From assembly GCA_028534125.1 (NCBI GenBank), contig CM052817.1, positions 3,102,001 to 3,166,000 of the forward strand: a stretch of DNA of 64,000 nt, in the 5' to 3' direction. Shown here one piece after another: positions 50,889-64,000 of this stretch. The number at the start of each line of letters is the position of its first letter. The first letter of the stretch is position 1. A model generated the notes under the pieces. That model was not told the origin of the DNA. It worked only from the letters and a program-made list of their open reading frames with translations, and searched no databases. A program made the translations under genes and the position numbers. The DNA comes from Lama glama. Its lineage: Eukaryota.

Positions 50889-51220
50889 TTAATCATCTCA
50901 AAAGGTCGGATGGGCAGTGATCCAGAGCCGACCCTTGACTCTTGGTCCCACCCCTCATCAGGTGATAGTGGGCAGGTGACCAATGTCCCTGAATAGGGAC
51001 AGAACAGCAACCTGCAAGTGGCTGAAGGTGAGAGGAAACAGTGGACAGTAAGAGATAAGGAAGCAGGTGTGAAGATGGAGGTGAGAGTGAGGAGGATGGG
51101 GAGGGAGGCTGTGGGTCAGTGTTGAACCTGCCTAGAGCAGTAAGGCCCGAGATGGCCCTCCACCATGGCCCGCCTGGGGTTCGGCTCTGACCTGCCTGCC
51201 CACCGCCCGTGGGCACTCAC

Positions 51221-51328
51221 GTCATGACCAGCGTCTCGTCCCCCGGCTCACTCAGCAGCCCGTCCACAAACACGGAGGTGCTGGTGAAGTTGTGCGTGCT
51301 CCAGGTGAGGCCCTCGTCCATGCTGAAC
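51221..51328 (-). CDS. SORCS2: SORCS2 exon (VPS10 propeller, Asp-box) (K)FSMDEGLTWSTHNFTSTSVFVDGLLSEPGDETLVM(T)
   Basis: ggcag acceptor, gtgagt donor, 108 bp, phase 2-2; SxDxGxTW Asp-box. Confidence 0.96.
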
Positions 51329-52260
51329 CTGCCAGGAGACGGGGAGTCACCACTTCTGGGCAGGTGGGAACACATCCTATGTCCAGGACCCACTGCCCTG
51401 CCAGACCCAGCCCTGCCCTTGCCCAGGGACCAGAGCTGTCCAGATGAAGTATCTGGGGGAACAGGTGGCAGCAGTGGCTGACCCCAGGCCCAGTCCAGTG
51501 GCTCAGCCACAACTAGATCCCTGACCTCACTGTCTCCTGGGAGGTCACAGCAGCCACCTGCCGGCACCAGGTGGTGTCCACCTCTGCTTAGTGACACCAC
51601 AGTCGAGGAGTCCTGGGTGCCAAGGAGCTGCTTTGTACTCTCTGGATCGCAGAGTTATTGGGCTTTGGAAACACCCAGGTCAGCCCCACCCAATGCCCGA
51701 GCCCAGCCCAGGGGCTGCCTCCCTGTGTGGCACACCACAATGTCACCAGCTTGCTGTGCAGAAAGCTCTTTTTCAGACTAAAGTGATATTGCCTTCCCAG
51801 CAGCTTCCCCAACTCTGCTTTTGGAGTCCAGAGTTCACACCTGCTCTCTCTTCTCCACAACAGCCCTTCAGATGTTTGAAGCGATGCCAAACCCACTCTC
51901 CCTTGGGCACAAGCTGCTGGCTTCCTTGTCTGACCCCACCTCCTTACACTTAACTGATTCCTGTCTTGTAAAAGTCACCTCCTCTGGGAAGACCCCTGCT
52001 CCCCCAGGGCGGCCTCTCTCTGGCCCACCTGACCATGCTGTCATCATCCCCTGTTTCCTGGTCTCCCCGGGCCTGGCCAGGAGCAGCCTTTTTTGGGAGT
52101 GGGCTTTACAGAGCCTGCTGCTACCCACCTCCCTGATGGGGCTTAGTGCCATGGTCCTGGGGCCCCGGGGGCAGCCATTCTGGGGAAAGTTCTGAGGGGT
52201 TCCCAGTGGAGAGAAAGAGCCCGCCCTCCCCCAACCCAGCTCAGGGCCCAAGGACCTTAC

Positions 52261-52352
52261 TTCAGGATCTTCAAGGGGATGGAGGTGTCTTTGATGGCCA
52301 CGATCACGCCACCGTGGTCCAGGTAGAGGATGTGGTGCTCTTCCTCGAACAC
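52261..52352 (-). CDS. SORCS2: SORCS2 exon VFEEEHHILYLDHGGVIVAIKDTSIPLKIL(K)
   Basis: tgcag acceptor, gtaagg donor, 92 bp, phase 0-2; LDHGG motif. Confidence 0.95.
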
Positions 52353-54127
52353 CTGCAGAGGAGAGCGGGCAGCCTTCTGAGGGCAGGACCCTGGCGAGGG
52401 TCAGCGGCCGCTCAGGGTTAGGGCCACTCGCCAGGGGCAGAATTGCCTACACACCGGCTGGGGGACCGCAGGAGGCCAGCTCCTTGAGGCAGGGCTGGTG
52501 TGAGGGCTCCCCATGCTCTCCCACCCCAGACTCAGTGCACGCGGGGCGAATGCATGATGATGGCAACCTCTGGACCACTGACTAGAGAGAAAATTGCAAA
52601 TAGACACTGGGGGGTCCTGCCTTTAGGAAAAACCCATGCACCACAAAGGCCCATGGCGTGAGGATGAGAAAGCAGTAGTGGGACTTAGAAAAGCCTTTAG
52701 GATAAGCATCACCAGAAAGGCAAATCTCTATTCGACATTGACTCGGTTCATGTGCCACCTCCTTCAGGAAGCCCTCCTGGATGCCATGCTGGGGGGGGGC
52801 ATCTCTGGGCCCCCTGCCCCAGCACTTGCTGCACTAATCTGTCATCGTCTCCTCCAGCCAGGGAGCCCCTCAAAAGCTGGGCCTGCCTCTGAGTCCTCTT
52901 TGTGGCCCAGCACCTGGCTCAGCTCACAGCTGGGGTGCCTGTGAGCAGGAAGTGTGTGTGGGATGAATGAATGAATGAGTGAGTGAATAAATGAATCTCT
53001 GCCAAGTCCTCAGGGGACAAAAGTTGAGCGGCCCGGCCTGATGGTCTTCTTGTCTGCAAACAGTCGTGGGCTGGGGTCCCATTTTACAGACGAGGAGGCT
53101 GAGGCTTGGAGCAGCTGGGGAGTCAAAGTCTCCCAGCTGGCAGGTGGCAGAGCTGGGTTTGGCTCTCCAGTCAGGACACAGGGGACCCCCTAGATCTTCC
53201 ATGAGCACAAGTACCTAGCTGGCAAGCATGTGTCTTGACCCCACCTGGGGAGGGGCACCTTGTCACTTCGCCCTGCAGCTCCCTTACAGGAAGTGGCCCC
53301 ACCACTGACCACCACAAGTCCACTTCCCACCCCGTCCAGCCGCTCAGGGCCTGCAGGTTTGGTGGCAGGGATGCAGGGAACCTCAGGAGGAGTCGGGGCA
53401 GAGCCGGGACCCGGCCCAGCCAGCCCCTCGCCAGGGCCAGCACGCTCATCGGTCAGCTGCCTGGGGTCTCATTCTGAAGTCTCTAACTGGCATCTTCTCC
53501 CTGTTCTTCATGTTGAGTCTTTTTTATTTGAATGTCTGGAGCCAGCAGGAGGCACCCGGGGAGGACTCAGAGCAGAGGCTCCACATCTTGGGAATATGAA
53601 ACTTCGGCAGAGCCTGTGGGTGTCCCCAGGCCAAGCCCTCGGCCCCGACATCCCATCACCCCCATGCCTCTCAACCCCACCAGAACCTTCCAACGGCCCC
53701 ATGGCCCTTAGAATCACACCCAAAGCTTTCCATGGCCTTCGGGGCTCTAGGAGATGCCCCTGCCCACCTCTCTCCCACCCCACCCCTGTACCCCAGCCAC
53801 CCTGGTCTCCTTTCCCCAAACATGCCTCAGGCCCTTTGCACATGCTGTTCCCTGGCTGCAAAGCTCTTCCGCAGATACTTCCACCTTCTGATCATCTTGC
53901 TGGCTTTCCCACTGCCCACAAAATTTCTCCAGGACACACTTCTGACTTGACTAAGGAGGAGAGGCTCCTCTTAAAAAAGGGCAGAGGAGGTCTGGCCATC
54001 TGTGAGCCCTGCCCTTAAACGTGTCTGCGAGGTGGGGAGAGGAGACGGAGGGGCGGGGGTGGCTGGCTGGCACGGGGACCTCTACTGCATGTACACTGTC
54101 TTGTTCAATGGCAACCATGCTCGGGGG

Positions 54128-54240
54128 TTATTTCCCCACTTTCCAAAGAGAGACCAGAGGCTCAGAGACACACAGTGACTTGCCCAAGGCCACACAGCTG
54201 ATAGTTGGCAGAGCCCGGGTTGACCCCAGGTCTGTGACTC
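54128..54240 (-). mobile_element. MIR
   Basis: gaggctcagaga...gtgacttgcccaaggccacacagct...ggcagagcccgggttgaccccaggtctgtgactc. Confidence 0.75.
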
Positions 54241-55835
54241 GACTCCCTGCTGTTTCCACCATGACCCTTAGCCTGTGGGCTCCTGAGCAGGACATGTTCA
54301 GTGGGAGGAGGAGCTGTGTCTCATGTGATGAGGTCTCAGGCTGGAGTTGGGGTTCAGAGCACTAACTTGGGTGCTTCCCAGATCCCCTGCCAGCACTCAC
54401 TCCCACCAGACTCCATGGGCACATCTGCAGGGAGTCAGAGGAGGTGGTGTGCCTGTGTTCTCTGTCCTAGGCTCTGGAAGCTACTCCAGAGAAGTGTGCT
54501 GTCTGAGGCTACATTAACAGAGATAGCGTTTCCTGGATGAGGGAGGTGACATCATGCAGATTTAGGGTAAAGTGAGGAAGAACTTCACAATTCTCCTCAT
54601 CTGTCCACCCGTCAAATAGACCCAGTGTTTCAGGCCCTCTGTTTGGGTCCTGGGTGATGGAAACCACGCTGGGTCCTGCCATGTGGTACCAGAGACACAA
54701 AACACACAGCGGGCAAGCTTGTCTCTGCCTTTGAACATGCAGAAGCCTCTGCCTGCCCAGTGGGAGCCCTCTTTCCCACTCCACTGGAGCCCAACCCGCT
54801 TCTTTCCGGGGGAGATCGTCAGGTGCTGTGCAGTGAAAGGAAAGCCGAAGTGGGTTCTTAAAGCCTGATTGTTCCCAAGCAGGATTTACTTCTGGGAACT
54901 CGCTGGTCATGGTCCCGAGTGTGTGCACAACCCCCTCCTGCCCTCAGATCCTGGGGTCCCTGGCACCCTCCTCCCTTAAGGACAGACAGCAGTCATTTGC
55001 ACCAACCACCCACTGGGAAGACGAGGTGCCCCTCAGAGGTCCCAGGGCACCCCCACAGGCAATTCCACTCTCGTTAGCTTGGGACTCTGGAGAAAGGGGG
55101 CTCCAGCCCCCAGAAGCGGTCGCAGGGCATTTGCATGTCCACTGCTATGGCTTTCTGTGCCTCGGCCAGCCCCCAGGCAGCAGGGCAAAGGGGACAGGAG
55201 GTCCCCCAACCTCTCCCTTCTCCTACCTCCTCCACCCCTGAGTTCTAGAGGGAGCTCCTTGATAGTCTTCTGGCTTTTTTTTTTTTTTATTGATCATCCC
55301 AAGGAAGTCATGTCTTTAAAATGCTATACCCCTTAAGCAGCATACACACTGTCACTCATAATTCACATTCTGAGAGTTCTCCTCTCAAACACGTCTCACT
55401 GCATCCTTGACGAGCCAGCCTGAGCTTACCAGCTCATCTGGTCTTTGTGCCTTTGTCCCACCCTGGCCTCTGCCTCCTGCCCCCAAGTAAACTCCAAAAC
55501 CCAGCTGGAGCACCTCTCCCTCCACGGACACACACGCCCACACGTGGGTGCCCCTCCTCTCCTCCACCAGGCACCCAAGCCCCAGCCCCCTACTCACCCC
55601 CATCTCTGCGGAAGGGCCGAGCACCACAGAGCAGCCCTGAACAGACGTTCTCCCACTTAACTCTGACAAGTCCCCAAGTCTGAAGTCTAGGCAGATTGCT
55701 GGACAGAAGTGGTCACTGTGAGTACCTTACAGGCAGTTTCTACCAAATTACATCTCTTCTGTTTCACTCAGTCTATTAAATCTAATAAGGGAGGGTGATT
55801 TCTCTAAAAAATGGGCAGGTGGTGACCTTTAAGAA

Positions 55836-56039
55836 AGTTTAGACATGTTTCACTAGTTTCAGTGAAACAGAAATATTATAACACAATAAATCTCTTTTGC
55901 CCTTTTCAAAATTCCTTGTTTCTTGCATATTATTAAAAAACGCCAGGGCTTTAAACCAAGGGTACTGGCGAGCTTCGTGCTTTGGGGATTCACGTATTTG
56001 CCCAGTACCTGGGAGGGGGGCTGTGAGTGGGGCACTCAG
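55836..56039. repeat. ~200-bp dispersed direct repeat, copy 1
   Basis: high identity to 63148-63350. Confidence 0.9.
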
Positions 56040-56961
56040 GTGTGCAGAACATTGACCTAAAAATGGAGCTTCTTACAACCAGCGGAAGGGGAGACACACA
56101 CAAAAATTTAGCGCATTTTCTTAAGTGTTTAAGTAGAAACTGTCACTCTAAGAAGTTGGCCTGGGGCGGAGCGCTTGGGTCCGGCTCCTGGGCTGCCTGG
56201 ATGGCACAGGGCGCGCTGGACCGTCGGTCTCCCCTCCCACGGCCGCCCTGTCCTGCGGGACGCCCACCTCCAGCGGCACCGGCCCCCCCCATCCAAGAAT
56301 CTGAGCTGCCTGTGGCGGCCGCACGGAGGGGCCGTGTCCTGCGTAACCGCTCTCTCCTGTCTTCCCCCGTCCTACTTTTCTTTTCTTGGGTCACACAGAA
56401 CATCAAATCGTCACCCCTTGGACATCTCCCAGGAGTCCCAGCCCAGACTCACAGTGGCCCCCTCAATCCCCGAAACTGGCGCTTCCCCCGTGTTCTTTCC
56501 CCCCATGCCTCTGCCGTCCACCCAGCAGCTGCCCCCGCTGTAAACCTGGGGGCTGTCCACGGCCCCCACTTCCCGGCCTCCGGGCTCAGGGCTCAGCCAG
56601 GCATCCGAGTCCCCGCGTGGCTTCCTGCCGGGACAGCACCGCCACCCCGTCCCGGGCACGTGTTCCCTTTGATCTGACATTCTCGGTAACCTGTCTGACT
56701 GTGTGCAGATGCGTCAGGTCTGGAATTCTCCAGGGGCAGACGCTCCCAGAGCGGCAAGGTGGTCTGGCCAGCCTGGCCCGGGCTTTCTAGTCACAGTCAG
56801 CGATGTCATAGCTGCTGAAGGGAGCTGCGTCCTGCCCCTCAGGCTGGGGACTAGGAAGAAGTGTGTCTTTAGCGGGGAGGGGATGAGAGAACAGATGAGC
56901 CTCCCGGGAGTGCCGCGGGGTGAGCGCGGGGAGAGCGCCAGGCCCCTCCCCGCCCCCTTAC

Positions 56962-57038
56962 CTGCCTCCAGGTGTGCCCACAGTCCGACGTGATGTACAT
57001 CTCCTCTTTATATTCCACCAGCTGGGAGCCCAGGTTCC
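56962..57038 (-). CDS. SORCS2: SORCS2 exon (G)NLGSQLVEYKEEMYITSDCGHTWRQ
   Basis: accag acceptor, gtaagg donor, 77 bp, phase 1-0; Asp-box SDCGHTW. Confidence 0.95.
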
Positions 57039-60000
57039 CTGGTCCGGAATAAGAGAGGCAAGGCTGCTCTTAGGCTCAGCCGGCAATCCCCGCTACCAAG
57101 GTCTGAGAGCAGACAAATCCCCACACAAGGGCCGGTGTGTCCTGGGTCTACGTCTCCCACCACCAAAGCCACCCGGCGACTGGCCCCTTCTGCCCGCCTT
57201 TTCTAAGATGGGCCTGCTGTCATGGGTCCTAGTGAAGGATTAACCTTGCCCCTAGAAAGCCAGCCTCCGACAGCTTGGTGGAGCCCAGGTGTAGACAGAG
57301 ATTGGGGGCTTCAGGGGCCTCTCGGGTGATGAGTGTGGTTCAGGAGTAAGAAGTGTGGTGTGAACGGACTATGCCTCAAAAAATAATTAAAAAATTGAAG
57401 CCAGTTTAAAAAAAAAAGAAAAAAAAGGAAAACAAAGGAAAAAGAAAGAAAGAAGTATCATGAGGTGGTTGGGGACAGGCTACAGGCTAGGAGGACCCAG
57501 GCCAGGTGGGCCAGCGCAGGGGCACAGCAGCCCCTGATGAGCTGTCAACGGGGGCAGGACAGGGCTGGGCTCGCATCTGGAGGTAGCCCCCTGGCGGCCG
57601 GGTGCAGGGGGGCCAGAGGCAGGTCCAGGGGAGAGGCAGGGTAAGCACACAGTAGGTGCTCACTAAGTATCTGCTGAGGGGATGTTTGGGAGGACGGCGA
57701 GGTGGGCACCAGACCGGCTGGGCAGTCAGGAGGCTTCTCCTTGGTCCTGGTTCACTGGAGACTGCATGGGGCCGGCAGGTGGGTCACCGGCCTTGAAGAC
57801 CACTCTGTGGGGCTGGGACTTAATTCCAGGGTGATTCCAGAGTGAGAACCCCCACTCAGTACCCAAGGCAACCCAGCTTGCAGGTGAGGAGACTGAGGCC
57901 ACAAGGACTTCGACAGAAAGAACACCGTCAGCCCTGAAGACGCAGCTGCAGGATGGCCCAGGCCCCCTCCACAGCCTCCCGGGCCGGATCTCGGACAACA
58001 GGGTTCTCTGATGGGTCCGATTTGGCAGCTTCCGCTGTGACTGCGGGACAGTGGCAGGGACCAGGGGCCCGAGCTGCCAGGATGAAGGGGACCTGCTATG
58101 ACATGGAAGCCGTTCTGGACCCTCTCCTGGAGCCCCAGAGGCCCCTGATCTGGGCAGCCTCTCCATCACTTGCCCTTTGAAGCCTTATTCATGTGGTACT
58201 CTCAGGAGTATCTCATGCAGAGCCAGTTTAGATGTCTTCGGAAAATCCCAACGGAGATGGATTAACCTCAAACAGATGAGGCAAAGGAGTTCAAGCAGAG
58301 TGGCAGAGGGTCTGTGTGCCTGCTTGCTGTTTTTGAGGTCCAACCAACCACCAAATCATTTATCCATCCATCCATCCATCCCCCATTCATCACCCCTCCA
58401 TCCACACATCTGTCTCTTCCTCATCAGTGCTGCCCTCTCACTCACGCCTGCATTTACACATCAGCACTTGCTGGGCGCCTGCTCTCTGCCCGGCCTTGTG
58501 CTAAGTTGTCGGGAGTCTGAGCTGAGTGACCACCTGCCCCAAGGGGGTCTCGGTCCAGCTGGGGAAGGAGAAGGGTGCCCTGCAATTGTGCACAGAGCCA
58601 GGATGCCCGAGGACCTGTGAGAGCAGGTGAGCCTGATGCCCCGGGGAGGAGGGGAATCGAGGAGAGATTCCTGCAGGAAGTGACCTCCACACTGTGCCTT
58701 GAAAGAAAAATGCCACTGGCCAAGGGAAAGGGGCGGGTTGCCGGACAGAGGGACCGGCCTTGGCAACGGCATGGAGGTGGGAGGGGAGGCCAGTCAGGGG
58801 AGGTGGCGCGGAGGGCAGGGTTCTCTTCTACCCTTCTGGTCACCGAAAGGTGCGGAGGAATGGCTGCTGAATGGCTGCTGAATGCAGCGAGGGAGCTGAG
58901 TGACTGAATGCAGCCCTGGGGCGGGGGCGGGTAGAGGAAGGAAGGAGCGCCCTTCATCTTCCCATCATTCCAGACGCCAGCAGAGATGTCGGGACACACG
59001 CATCACACACGGAGGCGGTGCAGCGAAGGCTGCGGGGTCAGCACAACCTCGCAGGCAGGTGTGCAGTCTGTGATTTCAGTGTGTGATGTCTGTGTTCCCT
59101 GCTCTGTCTACCAAGGCTGTCAGGCTGCCAGTCACCTCACAGGCACGGGGGGGAAATAAGGGAAAATTCACGGAGCACCTCCACAGGCTGTCACAGCGGG
59201 AGGCTCTGCAGGAAAACAGAGGCTGGTGCCCTCACTTTACGGATGGGGAAACCGAGGCTCGTGGGGGGATGTGACCGAGAGAGGCTTCCCTGCTGTGTCC
59301 CCTCCGGGCTGTTGTGGTGTCTCCTTGGGCCTCCGCCTTCCACACCCGCTTCCATGCTCTGAGGGCCTGGTATACAGTAGGTGCTCACCGAATGTGCACT
59401 TCCTCTCTGTCCTTCCTCGGCCTCCAGATTGCAGCGTGGCTAAGACCCCAGGGTCACAACAGAGCAAGCAGCAACACAAAATCCACCCCAGCCCATACTT
59501 GGTGGAGGAGGAAACTGGGACCCTGTGGCCCCCAAGCCCAGCACTGCTGGCGACCGAGACACGGCTGCAGGTGCAGCTGGAGCGAGGGGACAGCCCCACC
59601 GGTCCTCTGGGAGCTGCCGAGCCTCCAGCTCCCGGGGTGGCCGAGTGAGCCCCGCCTGGCTGGTGGGACTCAGGCCAGCTCTTGTGATGCTCAGGCCCCT
59701 CAGCCTCATGGCAGGACACTACCCTGTGGTTGATGGGCCCCCAAGTCCCAGAGGAAGGAACTGCAGGCGGGCGGGGGGCACAGCGTCTCCCGGGAGCCCC
59801 GGGGGCTTTCCTGGCCTGGAGGGGGCTGGGGTGCTCCGAGCTCCCCAACACGGCCCCTCAAGGCTTTCTCGGCCACACGACTCCGTCGGGGCCAGAGCCC
59901 AGGGGGCGCTGCGACCTCCGCTCTGTGTGGTCCTGAGGGTTCTCGCCTGGACGAGGAGCCGAGAAACAGGCGGTGGTGTGTGGGGGCCCAGGACGGGTCG

Positions 60001-62179
60001 TGAGGGTGGGGAGGGACCCCCACCTGCATCACACCTCTTAGTGCCCCCAAGTCAGAGACGATCATCCCCATTCCACAGACGAAGAAACGGAGGCCCAGAG
60101 AGGTGCCGTGCTCGCCCCAGATCAAGAGCTCGGAAAAGTCCGAGTCAGAATTGGGACGGGCGCCCCCGTCCTAACCACCCGCCTCTGCAGACTTGTGCCC
60201 TCGACTCGCCCAGTCAGGAGGAACATTCCAGCTGGCATCCTCCATCTGCCTGCTTATTTCTGGGTTCGCTACGGCTGTTCCTCGACCCTGGCGGTTAGAA
60301 GCCAGAGTTCCTGTCTTTACTTCTTGAACCATCCTTTCCCTTCCTCACTGGAGTCATGGCTCCACTTCTAGATCCACCTGTGGGGTCTGGCTTCTGTCCA
60401 CTGGACCGGAGGACAGGCCCCCAGTACAAGGGCCCCGGCATGGAGCCTGGCCCCAGGGCAGTGGCGTCCAGGCTCTGCTCGAACGACAGGATGACCTGTG
60501 GAAACACACCTGGAGGCCACACTTTCTACCTGATCCCCAAACCAGTCTATGAGTTCGTCCTCTTTTTGCAGGTGAGGAAGCTGCGGCTCAGACGGTCCAG
60601 TGAAATGCCCAAGGTGGAAATACTGGAAACCGTGCCTTTTGTACTTTGGTCATAATTTGGGTTTCAGCCCATTTTAAATAAGCCATCGCCTTCAGGCCCA
60701 GGGAACAGGGTCCACACGACTGCAGGTGCCCGATGCGGGGGCCCAGCCCGTCCCTGCGTGGGCCCTGGTGCCCCTGAGCTGCACTGAAATCGACGCTGAC
60801 GTGAGACTTCTCGGCGGTGCACACCCATCGCTGACGCAGGCAGACTCTGCCCCGATCGCAGCCACTGAACAGGACCCCGGGAGCACAGGGGAACGGGAGG
60901 AACCTCAGAAGCTGGACGGTTTCACCCGCAATCGCCTCTGCTCTGGCCGCTCCCCCATGGAAAGCCCCCTCTCTACAGGATGAAGTCGGGACCCCTCACC
61001 CTGTCAGCCATGGTCTCCTGCAACCGGAGACCCACGGCGCCGACAGGGCTGCCACCTCCTGGCCTCTTTGTGGGCTGCCACTCGGTTGTTCTGAAAAGCA
61101 CTCTCCCTCCTCTGCCTGGAAGACTGCTCCTGCTTTCCAGCGGCCATTCACCCACTCACTCGTTCACCCACTCATTCGTTCACTTTTTCATATCTAGCCT
61201 CCAAGAGCCTCCCCAGGCCCAGGCCTCCTGTTGGGGTACACGTGCTGAAGGGCCGGATGTGGCGTCCAGTTCAGGGTCCGGGACCCAAATCCTCCGTGTC
61301 CCAGACGTGCTGCAGCAGATGGAGGGTTGGCGCCCTGGGTTCAGGAAACCGTGAGCCCTGGCCCCAGGGGTCCCCACTCTGGGACGAGGCAGAGACACTG
61401 CCTCTTTGGCTACCACACACCCCATCTGCACCCTGGGTGTGCAAAGCCTCAGCCTGGCCCTTTCACACCCTGGATGCGTGGCCGGGCCAGGCAGCCCCGC
61501 CCAGAGCCTTGGTTTCTGCCCGGTCGGGAGGGGCACAGCAGCCCCTCCTGGGGCGGACTTGGAGGGGCTGCGAAGCGGTGAGCCCTGTGGGGTGGGTCTC
61601 AAGCTTCCTGATGGGGAGCCTTGCAAGTTGGGGCAAGCCCCTCCCTCTCCTTGGGCTCCAGTTTCCACCTCTGTAAAGTCGGGATAACTGACCTCTCAGG
61701 GTCAGGGCCTGGCGTGGGTGGCGGGGAGACACTGTCACCATGACAACTGTGGACATGGCGACACAGCCCTGCCTGCCCTCCCCTCATAGCCGTGGTCTCC
61801 AGGGCCCCTTCCCTGGACCCAGAGCTGCTGAGAGCTGGCAGAGGCTGTCCCTGCGCTGGGCCCCGCAGGGGCTCACGGCGCTGAGAGCTGAAGGGAAAAC
61901 CGGACGCCAGCCGCCGCCTGGCCATGGACTATTAAAACAGGTGCTTTTACTGGGAATGGTTTTTCTAATGCAGATAAGCATCATTTTAAAGTTTTATTCA
62001 ATCAGCAGACATTGAGTGATCCCTGAAGAAGGTTCTAGTTTAATGGGGTAGACAGACACAACCATAACTTACGTTTCTTTTTTTCCTTCATGTTAGTTGC
62101 ATATGTGTCTCTTGCTCCCCAGTAAACTTGGAACCCTCTTCAGGGACCAATAAATGTCCACCGTGATGCACATTATTCC

Positions 62180-62372
62180 ACCATCCATCCTTCTCTGTAC
62201 GCCTTCACATTTTGTTATCCATCCTTCCATCTGGCCATCCAACTGTCCATTCTTTCAACTATCCAACTACCCTTTCACCCATGCTCCCATCCATTCATCC
62301 GGTTCCTCCATTCCCCCATCCTTCAGTTGGTCATTAATCCATCCACTCATCCACCCATCCATCCATTCACCC
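62180..62372. repeat. (CCAT)n degenerate microsatellite
   Basis: direct reading. Confidence 0.8.
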
Positions 62373-62571
62373 TTCCGTCTAGCCAGCACATAACACGTGC
62401 CCGCGCTGGGCCATGCAGTCGCCTCGCAGGGTGAGGTGTCATCTGGGCTCCTGGAGATGCTGTGTCACCGCCCCCTAGTGGATGGACACACCATGGCCCC
62501 AGGCCCACGACCATCACGTTTCACCCTTGAGCTCCCCGCAGGTTCATCTGACCTTAATGGCGGCCTCCTAC

Positions 62572-62674
62572 CTGCACCCATGATGAGGCCCGGCGCGGTG
62601 TCCTTGGTGTGCACAGTGCCCGACACATAGGGGTTGTCTGCCCAGCGCAGGTGCAGGTGGAGGTGGCAGTCCGG
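62572..62674 (-). CDS. SORCS2: SORCS2 exon PDCHLHLHLRWADNPYVSGTVHTKDTAPGLIMGA(G)
   Basis: tgcag acceptor, gtagga donor, 103 bp, phase 0-1; CxLHLH and APGLIMGAG VPS10 motifs; gene continues beyond the window. Confidence 0.96.
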
Positions 62675-63147
62675 CTGCAAGGGGGAGACAGGGAGCCACG
62701 GTCAGCACGTGGGCGGGAGGTGACCTTAGGAAAAGAAGTACTGAGGCTGAATCCACTCCTGTGGCTTTTTGGGTGGGAAGGCAGGGCCAGGAGCACTTCG
62801 GGGGAGTGGAAGGAGGGTGGGAGGGAGGCTCTGAGGCTGACCACTGGGCCAGGTGACTGCTGGTGGAGGAAGCCAGGAGGCTGCTCCAAGGGAGGGTCCT
62901 CCCAGCATGGGTGCCGGCAGGGTGAGCTCCCCAGGGTGGTTCCTGAGTGCAGAGCGGGGCTGCAGAAAGTGACCCCTGGAGCCTGCCTGGCCCACGCCCA
63001 CATTCATCCATTCATCCGTCCAGGACCTTTACTGGGGGCCTCTTGGGTGACCGCGGTAGCCTGGGCACAAGGGAGCAGCTGAGGGACACCCATAAGGCCT
63101 GTGCCCTCTGCAGGAGGCAGAAGGGTAGGGTGGCTGTGCCAGGGCTC

Positions 63148-63350
63148 AGTTTAGACATGTTTCACTTGTTTCAGCGAAACAGAAATATTATAACACAATA
63201 AATCTCTTTTGCCCTTTTCAAAATTCCTTGTTTCTTGGCACATTATTAAAAAACGCCAGGGCTTTAAACCAAGGGTGCTGGCGAGCTTTGCGCATTTGGG
63301 ATTCACACATTTGTCCAGGACCTGGGGGTGGTGCTGTGCGTGGGGCACTC
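63148..63350. repeat. ~200-bp dispersed direct repeat, copy 2
   Basis: high identity to 55836-56039. Confidence 0.9.
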
Positions 63351-64000
63351 AGCGCTCTGCTGGTGTCTGACAGGTGGACACAAGGCCTTATAAACGCCCC
63401 CAGCAGGGTCTTGTCCGGGCGGATGGAGGGCAGGGCAGGCCGGGAGATCTGGAGGGGCCGACCCCCAAGCACTCAGCACCTGCTCATGTGATGGGACGGG
63501 GAGCAGTGAGGGCCAGGCTGCTCTCGGGGTGCACAGTCAGACACGGAGTGGCCCCCGAAGAGTGGGAAGACCCCAGGGCAGGCTGGTGCCAGGGGAGTCG
63601 GTGCTGAACGCCTGGTCCTGATGGGGAGGGTTTGGGTCCTGGCCCGGCTTGGGTGGGTGTGACGTGGGCCGAGCAGGGAGGCCACACTGTCCCGAAGCTC
63701 CGCCTCCTCGGCCCTTCTCCATGCAGGAGCTGCAGGTGCCCTACAGAAGCATCCAGCAAACACAGTCGGATGGCCAGTGGACCATGCTGCTGGCTGGCGT
63801 GAGCGAGGACACCCGCCCCCCTGGACACCCCACTTCATGGCTCAGTCTCGTGTCTGAGAAGAGTTAACCATAGGCAGGAAAACAAATGGATTTCCTTTCT
63901 GAATTCAGATGCCAACAGACGCAAAACCATCTTCCAAGAGTGATTCATCCTGTGAAAACAGGTCTAATCCGCTTAGCCAGTAAGCCCTCCCTTCGCGCCC

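Noticed and set aside
50564..51010. Poly-His, poly-Thr/Ile and Val/Met-rich ORFs
   Set aside because: Translations of an intronic (CAT/CAC)n microsatellite with no supporting gene structure
1..64000. A previously undescribed multi-gene system
   Set aside because: All credible coding sequence is explained by AFAP1 and SORCS2; the remaining ORFs are Pro/Gly/Arg-rich products of high GC content and repeats

Overview
Mammalian genomic DNA, GC/CpG-rich, very probably from a camelid (it carries two Vic-1-type tRNA-derived SINEs). Two convergent genes lie tail-to-tail. On + are the last seven exons of AFAP1 (1056-18650, including the 267-bp neural-specific AFAP120 insert exon) and a ~4.6 kb 3' UTR ending near an AATAAA at 23243. 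On - is the 3' half of SORCS2: nine internal exons from 62674 to 35413, the terminal coding exon at 33660-33596, and a 3' UTR to ~31250. All exons were delimited by hand with GT-AG boundaries and consistent reading phase. A 500-N scaffold gap (34673-35172) falls where the SORCS2 exons for the juxtamembrane, transmembrane and most of the cytoplasmic tail should be, so those exons are missing. The rest is introns and an ~8 kb intergenic region with L1, L2, MIR, MaLR/ERV-LTR remnants and microsatellites. Most ORFs in the supplied track are spurious. I found no evidence of a new biological system. The most interesting leads are a candidate antisense (AFAP1-AS1-like) LTR promoter with an exact 85-bp duplication carrying a splice donor, a ~200-bp duplication between two SORCS2 introns, divergent tyrosine motifs in AFAP1, and the gap that mimics a soluble SORCS2. 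Exon numbers and human comparisons are from memory and need checking.
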